From Methanomassiliicoccales archaeon (lineage in GTDB: Archaea > Thermoplasmatota > Thermoplasmata > RBG-16-68-12 > SOIM01): a stretch of 64,000 bases of DNA. The stretch covers positions 9,827-73,826 of the forward strand of contig JAUVHO010000005.1 of NCBI GenBank assembly GCA_030593295.1. Direction: 5' to 3'. The notes below the pieces were generated by a model that was not told the origin of the DNA, did no database searches, and worked only from the letters and a program-made list of their open reading frames with translations. Shown piece after piece: positions 7,785 to 16,951 of this stretch (positions are counted from its first letter, which is position 1; each line of letters opens with the position of its first letter). The translations under genes and the position numbers were made by a program.

Positions 7785-10700
7785 ATGAAAAGGGCTAGCA
7801 CTAAAGCAATGAAGAGAATCATTTCCCTGGGGGTGTCCTCCTGTTTTCTTTTCTCGTCTCTTATGATCCTGGTCTCTTTTCATTCAGATTATGTCAAAGC
7901 ATTGTCGCCCACTTGGGGAGATGCAATGGAAATGGGTCCTGGAGAGTGGAAGAACTATTCCAACGGTGCGGGGACGGAGTGGCAGTTGGGCATACCTAAG
8001 AACGTGGGCCCCAATTCGACCCATTCAGGGGTGAACGCCTGGGGGACAAACATCGCCGGGAACTACTCGACCGAGACTCTGGCTTATCTGGAATCGCCGC
8101 CATTCGACCTGGCATTATCCACTAACACCGAACTCGTCTTCTGGCATTACTTGGAGACCGAGGACAATGTAACCAACAACTGGGACGGAGGGATCATAGA
8201 GGTCTCAACCGACACCGGCATCACCTGGGTCCAGATCGATGATCCGATCATGCCCAATCCCAATCCTTACTACGACACCAACCTGGACAACACGAGGAAC
8301 AACCCATTGGGAGGGAAGGAAGCGTACTGTTACGACCGCTCTGAGTGGGAGGAGATTTCAGTCGATCTATCGCAGTTCGACGGTTCTTCTAGTTTCATGT
8401 TCAGGTTTGCCTTTGGAAGCGACACGACCGGTGGTTCTCCGGGATGGTACATAGATGACGTGCTCATCTCAGCGGATGTGAAGGAGGGTGTGATCGTAGA
8501 GCCGGATTATTCAAGGATCGACCTGGCTGGTACGATTCACAGATTCAACCTGACGGTCAGGAACCTGCAGAAGATATCTGATGTGATTGACATAGTTCTC
8601 GATGACATCCATGGATGGCCGATGGATCTCTTCATGTGGGACGGGGTCTCGCCCCTTGCCGATACGGGTGGTCTACCGGGCATTCCGGACACTGGCTCGT
8701 TGTTCAAAGGAGCATCTAGAGATATTGTTCTTGAGGTCACGATACCTACGGGAACTCCGTACGGCGTGAATAATCTGATACAGGTGAAGGGAGTGCCATA
8801 CTCGGGGCCAGCGGCCATTGATGCAGCGTATGTTCATCTGTCAACACCAACGCCGGACGTTTCCATCATCGATTTCTCGGTCCCTGGAGTTCAAATCTCA
8901 GGTGAAGAAGCGAACGTCACGGCCACGATAAGGAACAACGGCCAGTACAATCGGTCGTTCGATGTTAGACTGGACACGAGCGGACCCGGAGAATTGCAGT
9001 ACGATCCCGTTAGAAGTGTCGAGGACTTGGGTGTCGATGAGATGACAAGCGTCTACTGGACGTTCATTCCATCAATCGCGGGAGATTACATTGTGGAGGC
9101 GATGACGCTGCTGGATATCGATGTGGTCCCCGGGAACAACGCATCCTCCAGGCAGATGACCGTGATGACGAAGCTCTTTGAGGATACGATGGAGACCGGA
9201 GGTCCGGCATCCCAGGGCAAGTGGACAGCGGGAAGCCAGTCCCAGACCGCCTGGGAATTGGGAGTCCCGGCCAACGTCGGACCAAGTTCGTGTCATTCAG
9301 CGACCAAATGCTGGGGGACGAACCTCGACTCGGCCTACAGGAAGGCTGCGGACATCAGGTTGGAAACACCGACCATAGACCTTTCGGGATCGGACAGGGC
9401 AGTGCTGAGGTTCTCGCATTTCTACCAGATCCTGGGGCCATGGATGAATGACGGTGGATTCGTTGAGATAAGCAGTGATGGGGGTTCGTCTTGGAGTTAC
9501 ATGGAGCCGTTAGGCGGTTATTCAGGGAGCGTGGATCTGAGCGCCCCCACGCCTCCGGGGCCAGGTGCTGATGCTTATGCGGGCTCCAGTTCCGACTGGA
9601 TGACGGCCGAATTCGATCTCAATCCGTATTCCGGCAAGCAGATAATCATCGGTTTCCACCTCTGGACGGATCCGTCCAACTACCAGGCTGGGTGGGCTGG
9701 ATGGTACATTGACGATGTGCAAATCCTAAACGTGCCAAAGGGGCCTGTTCTGATATTCACCGAGATTCAGGACAGTGGTCAGGGAAATGAACTGGTGGAG
9801 GTCTACAACAGCGGAAAGGTCCCGGACCACCTGACGCATTACTCCATATCGACAGATGGAGGCATCACGAACATAGAAGGTTCTTGGAGCACTGACCGGA
9901 TAGACCCGGGCAAATACGCTTTCTTCACAACTTCGGGAGATGAGCTGGACGATGATGGCGAGATGCTGCACCTCCTGAACACTTCCTCCAACGAGATGAT
10001 GTATCAGATTGGCTTTGGGCAGAGAGGCCCGGTCCCCGACCCGATTTCAAAAGAGTCTTCCAGCAGATTCTGGAACGGCAACGAATACGAGGATTATTGG
10101 ACCAGATCGGCGAACACATCGTTCGGAGCACGCAACGACGTTCGATCGAGGAACGCTCAAACAGAGGTCGTGCTCAACGAGGTCCTCTTCAACCCGTCAA
10201 CGGCTGGCGATGAGTTCGTAGAGATATTCTACTCCGGAAACGGTTCGGTGAACCTGAAGAACTACACTTTGGTCTGCGACAGCGCCCATACGGTTGATTC
10301 AGATTTCATCCTGGACGCCGTACACGATCATTACATAATGCTTCCCACGGACTACCCAGGCCTGTTCGCGGAAATGGACTCCGGGGGGGAGAATCTCTAC
10401 TTGTACGATTCCACTGATTCCTTCCTGGACATGGTGGGCTGGAGCTCCGGGAACGAGGTCGGCAAGTCGATGGCAAGAGTGCCTGAGGGTCTTGGATCCC
10501 GTGACGGGTATGATGACATTAGCTCCCAGCAGGGAGGGTGGCGGTTCGGCTCCGAGCCCACGATGGCTCTCATCGGGCTAAGGCCAGACCAGTCGGGGTA
10601 CGGGGATCTGGGCGATGTTGTGAGCTATTCTCTTACGATTCTGAACCAGCCAATAGATGACCTCATCACTCTGACCTACAGCACCGGACGCCCGTGGCAG

Positions 10701-13043
10701 ATCGACCTGTACACCGAGAACTGGTCCCCTCTCCCGGATACGAACTCGGATGGTCTTCCGGACACTGGTCAGCTCCCTGCATCCTCGTCCTACAACTTCA
10801 ACTTGAAAGTAACCATACCTGCACAGCCTCCGATCGGGAATGAGATGATGGCGGAGATCTACGCGAGTTCCACGGTCAACAAGGCGAGGGATTTCGCGAC
10901 CATAGTTACCAAGACAAGACCTCATCTGGAACCCATGAAGACGGCCGATCCAGAGGAGATATACCTCAAGGGGGTGGGGATCAATGAGCTCACTGAGATC
11001 ACTCTGGAAGTCTTCGGGGGAGGTTACATGCTCACGGACAGGCATCCCCAGGACACCATCTTCGTGATAGACAGCTCGGGAAGCATGCAGGACAGCGACC
11101 CTTTCAACCTAAGACTGGAAGCGTCAAAGAGGTATGTTGACAACATGAGCATTCCCGACAGAGGAGCGGTGGTCGATTTCGACCACGCAGCCTTTCTGGC
11201 CCCGATTGGCAACGGGGACCATCTTAGCAGTGATTATACACGGATCAAACAGAACATAGACACCATCGATTCCAACGGGGCCACAGATGTTGGTCTTGGA
11301 TTGAAGGTGGCCAACGAGGAACTAATCGCCAACGGGGATCCCACCCATCTCTGGATCGAGATCTTGATGACGGATGCTTGCCAGCCTGACACTTACTACC
11401 CTGAAACTACATTGCAGATACAGAACGCAACGGATGCTGGCATCATAATATTCAGCATCGGATTGGGGGAAGAAGTCAACGAGCCTTTGCTCATAGAGAT
11501 CGCTGAGCGCACCGGAGGAGAGTACTACCACGCTCAGGACCCTACGGCCCTGCAGGAGATATACGGCAAGATAGAGATGATCATATACGACATTGCTGGG
11601 CGGGATGGGGACCTGACAGATGCTGACCGCATGATAAGGGACGTGATACCTCCGTACATCCACCTGGAGTGGGGATCTTTCTCCATCTATCCCGACGTCA
11701 TCTACCATACGATGGAGGGCACCTTCCTGGAATGGGAGGTGGCAAGGATCAAAGTGGGTGAGAACTGGAAGGTCTCCTACAAGGTTAGCAGCTCCCAGCT
11801 GGGTTGGGTGCCGGTGGGGGTCTATCCGGAGGCGAGGGTCAGCTACATCAAGTGGAACAACCAGTACGTGATACATTCGTTCCCGGACGTCAAGGTCCAC
11901 GTCATCCTTCCGCCCACCGACCCGATCGTGATAGGCCCTCCGAAGGACCTCAGGACCTCTCTGGAGGGTAACACGGACATCCGTTTGGACTGGACCCCTC
12001 CAGATGAACCCACGGTCAGCCATTACCTGATATATCGTTCGGTGGACCAGAGAGATTTCGATTTCACAGGTCCGATTCATGATACTTCAGATGATGTGAA
12101 CCCTAGACGAAGTGATTGGCTGGATACGGGAGCAGCAGACATCGGTGCCCCAAGAGAGTACTACTATGTGGTAAGGGCTGTGGATAATGGGGGCTCTGTG
12201 AGCAATACCAGCAACACAGCGGGAAAGTGGACGAGGACATTCGAAGCGGGACTGAACGCCTTCTCCCTTCCGCTGGAACCGTACCACCCTCTGAACGTTA
12301 GCGAACTGGGGAACGAGATACCCAACGCCGAGTTCATCAGAAGGATCAGGAGCGACGGGGGATGGGGCACTCATACAGTGGGCATGAAGGGAGTGGTCAG
12401 TGATGAAGAAGCTCTTGTCGGCAAGGGGTATGAGATATCGGTGTCAAAAGAGACCAGATACACGTTCGTTGGTTTTCCCGGGTCCATGATAAGTTTCCAT
12501 GAAGGGTTCGGGGATGCCGTGGGGTTCAGAAAGAGCCTGGTAGCTGACGCGCAGAGTGCGGATATGGCGATCACTTGGCAATCCCTATCTGGTGCTTCAG
12601 AATATGAAGTGTACAGGTCCACCAGCAGGGACGGCTTGTTCAATGAGGCTCTGCAACCCGTTGCAACGGTTCCAGCTTCTCTCAACCAATTCGTGGATGT
12701 TGGAGCTGTGCTGCCGGGAACGGAACACTATTACTGGGTCGTGCCAATCGACTCGGCCGGGAAGAGGGGAAGCAGCACCTACAGCGTCGGAGTGTGGATA
12801 GGTAATTATCAGAAAGGCTCGGACACCATCTCCTCTCCGTTGAAGTTGCTGATCCAGATCTCAATCGATGAGTTGTGCGACATGAACGAGGATGTGGTGG
12901 GGATAGCGTACTTGACAAACGGGGTATGGAAATTCCATTCAAGAGAGATGCCGGCTTCGGTCTACAATATGGTCTTCCTGCAGGGGCAGGGGTACCAGAT
13001 ATCGAGCGAGAATGATGTCCAATTGATTTTCATCGGCTATTAA
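7785..13043 (+). CDS. giant multidomain surface protein (2x lectin/MAM-like module, 2x lamin-tail domain, vWA, FN3 repeats)
   Basis: ORF 7725..13043, with the likely start at the ATG at 7785 (MKRASTKAMKRIISLGVSSCFLF, a signal or anchor). Its domains are: a repeated module (WQLGIPKNVGPNSTHSGVNAWGTN...GWYIDDV and WELGVPANVGPSSCHSATKCWGTN...GWYIDDV); LTD-like segments (NELVEVYNSG, VVLNEVLFNPSTAGDEFVEIFYSG); a vWA MIDAS motif (FVIDSSGSMQ, GATDVG); and FN3 (IRLDWTPPDEPTVSHYLIYRS, ITWQSLSGASEYEVYRS). Confidence 0.75.
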   Translation: MKRASTKAMKRIISLGVSSCFLFSSLMILVSFHSDYVKALSPTWGDAMEMGPGEWKNYSNGAGTEWQLGIPKNVGPNSTHSGVNAWGTNIAGNYSTETLAYLESPPFDLALSTNTELVFWHYLETEDNVTNNWDGGIIEVSTDTGITWVQIDDPIMPNPNPYYDTNLDNTRNNPLGGKEAYCYDRSEWEEISVDLSQFDGSSSFMFRFAFGSDTTGGSPGWYIDDVLISADVKEGVIVEPDYSRIDLAGTIHRFNLTVRNLQKISDVIDIVLDDIHGWPMDLFMWDGVSPLADTGGLPGIPDTGSLFKGASRDIVLEVTIPTGTPYGVNNLIQVKGVPYSGPAAIDAAYVHLSTPTPDVSIIDFSVPGVQISGEEANVTATIRNNGQYNRSFDVRLDTSGPGELQYDPVRSVEDLGVDEMTSVYWTFIPSIAGDYIVEAMTLLDIDVVPGNNASSRQMTVMTKLFEDTMETGGPASQGKWTAGSQSQTAWELGVPANVGPSSCHSATKCWGTNLDSAYRKAADIRLETPTIDLSGSDRAVLRFSHFYQILGPWMNDGGFVEISSDGGSSWSYMEPLGGYSGSVDLSAPTPPGPGADAYAGSSSDWMTAEFDLNPYSGKQIIIGFHLWTDPSNYQAGWAGWYIDDVQILNVPKGPVLIFTEIQDSGQGNELVEVYNSGKVPDHLTHYSISTDGGITNIEGSWSTDRIDPGKYAFFTTSGDELDDDGEMLHLLNTSSNEMMYQIGFGQRGPVPDPISKESSSRFWNGNEYEDYWTRSANTSFGARNDVRSRNAQTEVVLNEVLFNPSTAGDEFVEIFYSGNGSVNLKNYTLVCDSAHTVDSDFILDAVHDHYIMLPTDYPGLFAEMDSGGENLYLYDSTDSFLDMVGWSSGNEVGKSMARVPEGLGSRDGYDDISSQQGGWRFGSEPTMALIGLRPDQSGYGDLGDVVSYSLTILNQPIDDLITLTYSTGRPWQIDLYTENWSPLPDTNSDGLPDTGQLPASSSYNFNLKVTIPAQPPIGNEMMAEIYASSTVNKARDFATIVTKTRPHLEPMKTADPEEIYLKGVGINELTEITLEVFGGGYMLTDRHPQDTIFVIDSSGSMQDSDPFNLRLEASKRYVDNMSIPDRGAVVDFDHAAFLAPIGNGDHLSSDYTRIKQNIDTIDSNGATDVGLGLKVANEELIANGDPTHLWIEILMTDACQPDTYYPETTLQIQNATDAGIIIFSIGLGEEVNEPLLIEIAERTGGEYYHAQDPTALQEIYGKIEMIIYDIAGRDGDLTDADRMIRDVIPPYIHLEWGSFSIYPDVIYHTMEGTFLEWEVARIKVGENWKVSYKVSSSQLGWVPVGVYPEARVSYIKWNNQYVIHSFPDVKVHVILPPTDPIVIGPPKDLRTSLEGNTDIRLDWTPPDEPTVSHYLIYRSVDQRDFDFTGPIHDTSDDVNPRRSDWLDTGAADIGAPREYYYVVRAVDNGGSVSNTSNTAGKWTRTFEAGLNAFSLPLEPYHPLNVSELGNEIPNAEFIRRIRSDGGWGTHTVGMKGVVSDEEALVGKGYEISVSKETRYTFVGFPGSMISFHEGFGDAVGFRKSLVADAQSADMAITWQSLSGASEYEVYRSTSRDGLFNEALQPVATVPASLNQFVDVGAVLPGTEHYYWVVPIDSAGKRGSSTYSVGVWIGNYQKGSDTISSPLKLLIQISIDELCDMNEDVVGIAYLTNGVWKFHSREMPASVYNMVFLQGQGYQISSENDVQLIFIGY

Positions 13044-13070
13044 GACAGATGGCGAGGTCAAATCAGCGGA

Positions 13071-13694
13071 TTACAGATATGAGTAGGCAAGTAAGAACCC
13101 GATCAAAGAAACCGTGACGCCGGCCATGCCCATTGGTATCCATTTTCGGAGGTCCTTCAACTCATACCGGAGCATAAGTCCTGCTGCGATCAAACTCCCA
13201 AAGGATGCGACCATCACAATGTAGTTGGGTTCAATTAGGTTCACGGCATTACCATTGAATCCTCCCATGGTGAGGAAAGCAATCACCATTGAGTAGATCA
13301 TGGTCACCTCGAACAGTGCCATGCCTACCATGGACCTTCCCCAGTGCTCAGAATTCTCGAAAACGCCCTTCATAGTCCCTCTGATGTAGAAGCCCTCGGC
13401 GATAGAAACAACGAAGGCAGTCACCCCAATGTTCAAGCATAGAGCGATGAAGAACTCGTCCGTCATCAGGTCCTTGTTGCTGGCCATGATGTAAATCACC
13501 AGAGCGAACACGATCCCTGTTGTTGGATTTGTCAAAGATAAGAGCGTTTTCGGACGGAGCTCTTCATCCATTTTTCTGCGTTCTTCTTCATCTCCAATCT
13601 TCTTGAGCTCCGAGCTGAAGGCAGTCCACATGGCGACGGTGGCAATACCACTACCGATCCCTGCAAGACCAACTGAAAGCAACGCCCCCAACAT
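13071..13694 (-). CDS. six-TM membrane protein with ATPase proteolipid (c/K subunit)-like helices
   Basis: ORF 13071..13760 has a TTG start; the ATG at 13694 gives MLGALLSVGLAGIGSGIATV. It has a Gly-rich helix and a helix with a buried Glu (GMALFEVTMIYSMVIAFL) resembling the ion-binding helix of A/V-type c subunits. No ATPase genes are nearby. Confidence 0.35.
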   Translation of the reverse strand: MLGALLSVGLAGIGSGIATVAMWTAFSSELKKIGDEEERRKMDEELRPKTLLSLTNPTTGIVFALVIYIMASNKDLMTDEFFIALCLNIGVTAFVVSIAEGFYIRGTMKGVFENSEHWGRSMVGMALFEVTMIYSMVIAFLTMGGFNGNAVNLIEPNYIVMVASFGSLIAAGLMLRYELKDLRKWIPMGMAGVTVSLIGFLLAYSYL

Positions 13695-13833
13695 GAAATC
13701 CACAATCAATCCTCCAAGATGGTGATTGGGATAATGCGAATAAACCTTTTCCAAGACCAAAATCTAAATATCCCCGCCCCCTTCTTAGAGAAGCTGAGAA
13801 TTCCAGCATTATGACAAAAGAAGAGGGGTAACA

Positions 13834-14655
13834 ATGGATTGGGGAATGCAGAACCGTTTGTCAAGGATAATCAAACCGAGGACCGGCCATACAGTCATGC
13901 TGGCCGTGGATCATGGATATTTCTTGGGACCGACCAGGAAGCTGGAGAGCCCCAGGGAGACCATCAAGCCGTTGCTTCCGCACGCGGATGCGCTCATGCT
14001 CACGAGAGGAGTTCTAAGATCCTCAGTGGACCCAGGAGCAAGCACACCGGTCGTTCTGAGGGTCTCTGGAGGAACGAGCATAATCGGGGAGAACCTCGCC
14101 AACGAGGGCATCACGACCTCCATGGAAGAGGCATTGAGATTGAACGTCTCGGCAGTGGCACTGTCCATCTTCGTGGGAACGCCGTACGAGAAGCAGACGT
14201 TGATGAACCTTTCAGAACTGGTCAACCAGGGGGAGGAGCACGGGATACCAGTGTTGGCGGTCACGGCCGTTGGCAAGGAGCTCGGGAAGAGGGACGCAAG
14301 GTACCTTGGTCTCTGCTGCAGGATCGCATCTGAGCTGGGAGCCCATATCGTGAAGACCTACTACTGCGATGGTTTCGACAAGATAGTCGAGAGCACTCCG
14401 TCACCGATAGTCATCGCTGGCGGACCCAAACTGAAGACCGAACTGGACGCCTTCAAGATGACGTATAATGCGATTCAAGCGGGTGCCGTAGGCGTGGACA
14501 TGGGCAGGAACATCTGGCAGCACGACTACCCGATAGCCATGATCAAGGGCGTCAAGTCCGTCGTCCACAAGAAGCACACTCCCAAGGAAGCTCACGAGGT
14601 CTTCAAGAAAGAGAAGGCAAAGGTCGATAAGAGGAAGCCCAAGAAGAGGAAGTGA
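13834..14655 (+). CDS. class I aldolase of the DhnA/FbaB family, LsrF-like subgroup
   Basis: DWGMQNRLSRIIKPRTGHTVMLAVDHGYFLGPT, LMLTRGVLRS, AHIVKTYY (Schiff-base Lys context), PIVIAGGPK and GVDMGRNIWQ are near-collinear with E. coli LsrF as I recall it. The C-terminal tail is Lys-rich (KEKAKVDKRKPKKRK). Confidence 0.75.
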   Translation: MDWGMQNRLSRIIKPRTGHTVMLAVDHGYFLGPTRKLESPRETIKPLLPHADALMLTRGVLRSSVDPGASTPVVLRVSGGTSIIGENLANEGITTSMEEALRLNVSAVALSIFVGTPYEKQTLMNLSELVNQGEEHGIPVLAVTAVGKELGKRDARYLGLCCRIASELGAHIVKTYYCDGFDKIVESTPSPIVIAGGPKLKTELDAFKMTYNAIQAGAVGVDMGRNIWQHDYPIAMIKGVKSVVHKKHTPKEAHEVFKKEKAKVDKRKPKKRK

Positions 14656-14703
14656 GCATCTCGATTCTAGCACGGATCACTTCAACACCGGGAAGCCAAG
14701 GCT

Positions 14704-15729
14704 ATGCGCGTGGCGATGTACTATAAGAACAGCGACATCAGGCTAGAGGAGATGCCCAAGCCGGAGATCGGACCTGGGGAGTTGCTTGTCAAGGTCGTAG
14801 CTTGCGGGATATGCGGCAGCGACGTGATGGAGTGGTACAGGATCAAGAAGGCGCCACTTGTTCTGGGTCATGAGATCGCCGGGGATATCGTCGAAGTTGG
14901 AGAAGGGGTCGCTGATTACAAGGAAGGTGACAGGGTCTTTGTCTCACATCATGTTCCCTGCGGGGAGTGCAAGTACTGCCAGAATGACCACGAGTCCTGC
15001 TGCGATACATTGCGCACAACGAACTTCGATCCAGGCGGGTTCTCGGAGTATATCAGGGTCCCAGAGATCAATGTGCACCACGGGACCTATCTTCTGCCGG
15101 AGGAGATCTCATACGAGGATGGCGTCTTCATAGAACCGCTGGCTTGTGTCGTCAGGGGGCAGAGGTTCGCGGAGATGGAAGCGGGGAAATCGGTTTTGGT
15201 TCTTGGAAGCGGAATAGTTGGTCTTCTTCACATCAAACTGGCCAGAGCGAAAGGCGCCAGCAGGATCATCGCGACCGACGTGACGAACTTCCGTATGGAA
15301 GCTGCCAGGAAGGCGGGTGCTGACGAAGCCATAAGCGGAAAGGCGGACGTCCCTGCAAAGGTCAGGGAACTGAACGATGGAAAACTGGCCGACATCGTGA
15401 TCGTTTGCACCGGATCCGTTCCAGCCATAAGACAGTCCATGCGTTCCGTCGATAGTGGTGGGACAATATTGTTCTTCGCGCCCACCGACCCGGGAGTGGA
15501 GATTCCGATACCCTTCAACGACCTGTGGAGGGAGGAGATAACGATGGTCTCATCCTACGCGGGCTGCCCCGAGGACATCCGGGAGGCCATAGAGCTTCTC
15601 AGATCTGGGAAGGTGAATGTGGACGATCAGATTACCCACAGATTGGGTCTGGCAGACACTCAGAAAGGTTTCCAACTGGTTGCAGAGGCCGTGGATTCGA
15701 TCAAGGTGATCATTGAGCCGTGGGAATGA
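14704..15729 (+). CDS. Zn-dependent medium-chain alcohol/polyol dehydrogenase
   Basis: Motifs seen: GICGSDVMEW, LGHEIAGDIVEVGEGV, the structural-Zn Cys cluster CGECKYCQNDHESCC, and the Rossmann motif VLGSGIVGL. Confidence 0.85.
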   Translation: MRVAMYYKNSDIRLEEMPKPEIGPGELLVKVVACGICGSDVMEWYRIKKAPLVLGHEIAGDIVEVGEGVADYKEGDRVFVSHHVPCGECKYCQNDHESCCDTLRTTNFDPGGFSEYIRVPEINVHHGTYLLPEEISYEDGVFIEPLACVVRGQRFAEMEAGKSVLVLGSGIVGLLHIKLARAKGASRIIATDVTNFRMEAARKAGADEAISGKADVPAKVRELNDGKLADIVIVCTGSVPAIRQSMRSVDSGGTILFFAPTDPGVEIPIPFNDLWREEITMVSSYAGCPEDIREAIELLRSGKVNVDDQITHRLGLADTQKGFQLVAEAVDSIKVIIEPWE

Positions 15730-15751
15730 TTTGACTGGTCGATGCGCCGAT

Positions 15752-15776
15752 GGAAACGCAAGCGCATTTCCGTTTT
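15752..15776 (+). terminator. imperfect hairpin followed by a T4 tract after the ADH gene
   Basis: ggaaacgcaagcgcatttccgtttt: GGAAA pairs with TTTCC and CGC with GCG, followed by GTTTTG. This is a weak signal. Confidence 0.25.
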
Positions 15777-15807
15777 GTGTAGTGAACCCTGATTTACCCA
15801 AAGAAAC

Positions 15808-15908
15808 GGTGGTACGAGCCTGGGCGGATTTGAACCGCCGATATTCATCTTTCTCATCCAGAAATTGTAAGGGAGACGTCATATGCCACCTGACTATTGA
15901 TTTGAACC
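15808..15908 (-). other. tRNA-like fragment(s): a perfect T-arm without a foldable cloverleaf
   Basis: The minus strand reads GGCGG-TTCAAAT-CCGCC (15839-15823) followed by CAGGCTCGTACCA. A 7-bp helix (GGTGGTA at 15808-15814 with TGCCACC at 15884-15890) encloses 83 nt. A second GATTTGAACC copy lies at 15899-15908. I could not build D or anticodon arms. Confidence 0.3.
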
Positions 15909-15997
15909 TAACAGCTCTGACCAAAGGCTTTCCCATATCCACAGAATCCAGGAATCGCAACGTCCGCGTTGTTGAAAGCCCTCCTAAGACTTATATT

Positions 15998-16882
15998 GTG
16001 ACGGAGCTTTGCGGACACGGAGGAATCAGTCTGGTTAGGGAACAGAACACTGTCACCAAGGAAAGACGAAAACGTGGGGTTTTGTACCCTGTTCTTGGGG
16101 TGGTGATTCTGGTCATCGTCATGCTAGTAGCGGTGTTTCTGGTCTTGGATGAGAAAAGACAGTCAGTTAAGGAGTGGAGCAAGTTCGGCGATCTGAATGA
16201 CGAACTGGGGAAGGTGTACCGACTTAGGGATGTTCCGATTCAGACAGATTCAATCATAATACTAGAAGTGGACACAGATTACCGGATGGACGAAACTAGG
16301 CCGGTGGGATTGACTCGAGTCATATTTCAAAGCAAGCCAACAGATCAACTGTTCTTTTTGGGAGACAGAACCAAAGAATTCACCGAAGGTAAGGAAGTCG
16401 ATTTTGATCTTGCTGTAAAAAGTTATGATACGGTGCAATGGGGGCGGATTACCTGCACTGAACTAGGCTACACATTAACCTTGATGCAAGAGTATTTCCT
16501 TTCAATCGAGTTCGACAAATCGGATCTGATAGAGTTCACAGTGGAGTCCATTGGGAACGATGAATACAAACTTACTGTTGAAGATGTTGCAGAGCTGTAT
16601 CCCTTGCCAGACAATTGGATGAATGTGACCGTCGTAATCGCGTTGTCAGAGAACCTCGGAGCTATTGACCTTACCGTCGAGTTGTATGACGCAAATGACG
16701 CTCTGATTGGGATATTGGAGGACATAGCCGATTCTGATCTTCTCTCAGAAATGGTTTCAGGACAATACCTAGTTTTCACTTACAATCCCGTGACTGACGG
16801 TGAACTGGAACTCATCTTGGGTGTGAAGAATCGTCTTACAGGACCGAATGATGTTCCAATTGCAGAAATAGCTATTTCCTGA
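15998..16882 (+). CDS. membrane-anchored hypothetical protein
   Basis: ORF 15713..16882. The first ~95 codons overlap the tRNA-like region and look non-protein-like. The plausible start is the GTG at 15998, just before the TM anchor (GVLYPVLGVVILVIVMLVAVFLV). I recognised no family. Confidence 0.45.
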   Translation: MTELCGHGGISLVREQNTVTKERRKRGVLYPVLGVVILVIVMLVAVFLVLDEKRQSVKEWSKFGDLNDELGKVYRLRDVPIQTDSIIILEVDTDYRMDETRPVGLTRVIFQSKPTDQLFFLGDRTKEFTEGKEVDFDLAVKSYDTVQWGRITCTELGYTLTLMQEYFLSIEFDKSDLIEFTVESIGNDEYKLTVEDVAELYPLPDNWMNVTVVIALSENLGAIDLTVELYDANDALIGILEDIADSDLLSEMVSGQYLVFTYNPVTDGELELILGVKNRLTGPNDVPIAEIAIS

Positions 16883-16951
16883 GACCAAAACGGCGATGCA
16901 AGACAATCCCATATGCAAGCACTTGGATCATTGGCCTGGGCGGACTCGAAC

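Noticed and set aside
15810-15839. A complete tRNA gene on the minus strand
   Set aside because: The T-arm is perfect, but 9 nt (not 7) separate it from the ACCA tail. I also could not find a complementary 5' acceptor strand, D-arm or anticodon stem-loop, even allowing for an intron. It is kept only as a tRNA-like fragment pending covariance-model search.
15713-15997. N-terminal 95 codons of ORF 15713..16882
   Set aside because: They overlap the end of the ADH gene and the tRNA-like element, and the translation is low-complexity and not protein-like. A GTG start at 15998, just before the TM anchor, is more plausible.
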